From Octopus sinensis (lineage: Eukaryota): a DNA stretch of 64,000 bases. Shown piece by piece: positions 61,635 through 64,000 of this stretch. The notes below the pieces were generated by a model. It did not search any database. It was not told where the DNA came from and worked only from the letters and a program-made list of their open reading frames with translations. Numbering within the stretch: the first letter of the stretch is position 1; each line of letters opens with the position of its first letter. The DNA is taken from contig NC_043002.1 in NCBI RefSeq assembly GCF_006345805.1, forward strand, positions 107,880,001-107,944,000, written 5' to 3'. The translations under genes were made by a program, and so were the position numbers.

Positions 61635-63545
61635 GTGTGTGTGTGTGATAATTAGGAAAGTATCTCTACTTATTTCCTGTAATATATTACATAGAATCAG
61701 ATTATTTCTTTGATCGTATCAGTAATCTGTTTAATTTAGCCGACCATATAAAAAGGAATGTTGGGAAGCATTAGTCTTGAAGAAAGTATAAGGAAGCAGC
61801 ACATTGAGAAAGAAGAAAGCCAAAGACAAGGGTGAGTATTTGAAGCCAGCACAAGCACCAATACATGAAGCAAGCACAAATACAATACATACAGAACAAT
61901 TGGTTAAATAAGACATCGTTAATAAAACATTGATATCCACATATATAAACATTCCTCTGTTGATTCAAGTTGTAACTTGTTGAACAAGAAATAACAAACA
62001 TATATTGATAATTGTGGCACATGCTGCTATAGATATATATATAGGATATATGTGTGTATATGATTTTATATATAGATATATATATATATATTCATAATTG
62101 TATACATTTGTAGATATATATAATAGCGCATTTGTAGGTATAGATGTATTTATGATATATATGTATTTATTTCTGTGTTCACTGAGGTGCCATGCACCTT
62201 CGTAAATGTGTATTGTGAGAGTGTATATGATATATATGATAGAATTTGAAATAGAAAGTCCTTGCTACAATATTATATATTTGAAAAAAATGAATGGAAA
62301 ATGGCATTTCTGATTATTTTTCCGCTTTAATAATAAAAATGTTTATAAATTATGTGTTTATAGATCAACACCTAATAATTTATAAACTCATAATAAAATG
62401 GAGAAATTGCTAGAAAAGCCATTTCTATTCATTTTTTTCAAATATATACACACACACATATATACATAATGTATATATAGTGTAATGATGGGTGGCTTTC
62501 AGAATGCTTTTAAAGTGTGTTTTGTAATGCCTAGTTCATTACATATCCAGGAAGAATACCAAATCTGAAGAACAAAATCATCAAAGAATTAACAGGAATA
62601 TCTTAAGTACAAAATTCTCAAGTTGCTAGATTTGATACAGTTGAAGAAATTGGTAAGTGGTATTGTAAAAAGTGGAACTTTTAAGTAATCTTGAAACAGA
62701 ATACGGCTCCCACCCCAAATTAATATTTATTAAACTTTTGAAGGAATTGGAAAGAAATCAGAAACAATTACAAGCCTAGAGAATAGGGTTGTACCCCTAA
62801 TATATTGTGTTTCTCAAAAATGCTTTCAATACACCATAATTTCTTTTTTCCAGAATGGAATTAAATATTAATGGAGAATCTTTGTTTCACTAACCAAATT
62901 TTCTTCAAATACACAAAATTTGAGGAAACTAAAAGTTGATTCTTGAAAGGTCTGAGTAATTTCTGAACATTAACCATTTTATAAGTGTTAGAAAACTAAT
63001 AATAGATATCAATTCCTTGCTACAAATCTCCTGACAAAAGATTGCTCAGACTAAAATTGTTTTTGCATTTTTAGTATTTTTTCTACCATTTTTTTTTTTC
63101 AAATGTCAATTTTGAATGTTTCAGAAATATTTTATTAAATAACCATTTCTGAGCACCATTGGATGCTTATTGAGTTCTTTTTGGGAACTTTTTGGAGCCC
63201 ATTAGGTTTGTCTTTCTATGAACTCAATGTATCATTCAAATATCAATCTATTCAAACTTCGTAAGTATTATTCTGCTAGTGTTTCTATGCAGCATTCTGC
63301 TTACCAGTGAAGGCATGGCTGTGTGATTATTAACTTCACCGCTCTGTGACCTTCAGTTGATGTCATTGTGCTGCACTTTGGACAAGTGACTTCTACCATA
63401 GCCTAGGACCAACGAAAGCCTTTGGAAAGTATAGGAGCTTAATGTTTTTAAATAGAAAATAATTTGTATAAATGTTTTCTGGATTTTTTGTTTGTTTTTG
63501 TCTGGACAAACAACTTATTTCTTTCTGTTTGTAGAAGAAACTTAC

Positions 63546-63661
63546 CTTATAATTTGGCGTCAGCCCTTTAAACCAACCAAAACTGATACGACCAAAGAAT
63601 ACGAGGAGTGTGAAGACCAGAGCAACCAGTGAGAATAGAAACGTCGGTTGAAACGTATCCG
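63546..63661 (-). CDS. Exon of an unidentified membrane protein containing a transmembrane helix (DTFQPTFLFSLVALVFTLLVFFGRISFGWFKGLTPNYK)
   Basis: Strong acceptor ttttctctcctgtttag|CG and donor AAG|gtaagt; 116 nt, phase 1 to 0; only one frame open; hydrophobic stretch of about 18 aa. Confidence 0.65.
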
Positions 63662-64000
63662 CTAAACAGGAGAGAAAAATACAAAGAAATGAATAAATAA
63701 ATGTAGTTTTAATGAGTGATTTGAGGATTTTGAAATCCCAAAGAATTCCTCTCAACACATGGCTATGATTCTCCCCAACTACTACTACTTATTATTATTA
63801 TTATTATTATTACTATTCAGTAGTTTTATCTTTATATTGTGCTTTCACGTCACTACTGAGCGCAGCTTTGTGTGCCTTGGGTATGTACTGTGGCTTGTTG
63901 AGATGCTCTTGTGGTTACTGTATTGAAAGTGTTTTTATTATTATTATTATTATTAACCACTTCACCACATATAATCTAAACATAACATTAAATGTTTGGT

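Noticed and set aside
61740-62652. Possible plus-strand exons (MLGSISLEESIRKQHIEKEESQRQG|gtgagt and a 102-nt segment at 62551)
   Set aside because: The second segment has stops in all three frames, and the region is intronic antisense to the membrane-protein gene; no support for a CDS.
63595-63665. Plus-strand GACC...GGUU-GAAACGUA resembling a decayed hammerhead
   Set aside because: The CUGAUGA core is absent and the segment is better explained as the antisense of a well-defined coding exon (63546-63661).

Overview
AT-rich, repeat-dense eukaryotic genomic DNA. The SINE, LINE and microsatellite landscape suggests an octopus or other coleoid cephalopod (inference). The left half holds a minus-strand CCDC170 gene: I reconstructed ten GT-AG exons with fully consistent phases (33462 to 3221, 717 codons), and the last exon appears to lie beyond position 1. 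An RFX X-box flanked by two forkhead motifs sits about 95 bp upstream of its ATG. The right half holds the last three exons of an unidentified minus-strand membrane-protein gene. The rest is mostly tRNA-derived SINEs, an RTE LINE with a minisatellite-bearing 3' UTR, CR1 and R4/Dong-like fragments, Tc1/mariner relics, piggyBac-type MITEs, non-autonomous Helitrons and satellites. The most unusual signal is a set of type I hammerhead ribozyme motifs inside fold-back elements in CCDC170 introns. One is a 1.39-kb near-perfect palindrome with an extended-stem-II hammerhead at each outer end (28779-30165). Another is a 295-bp hairpin element with a hammerhead in its loop (4319-4613). A third, decayed motif lies at about 60.1 kb. 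All structures were folded by eye; no database search or folding program was run.
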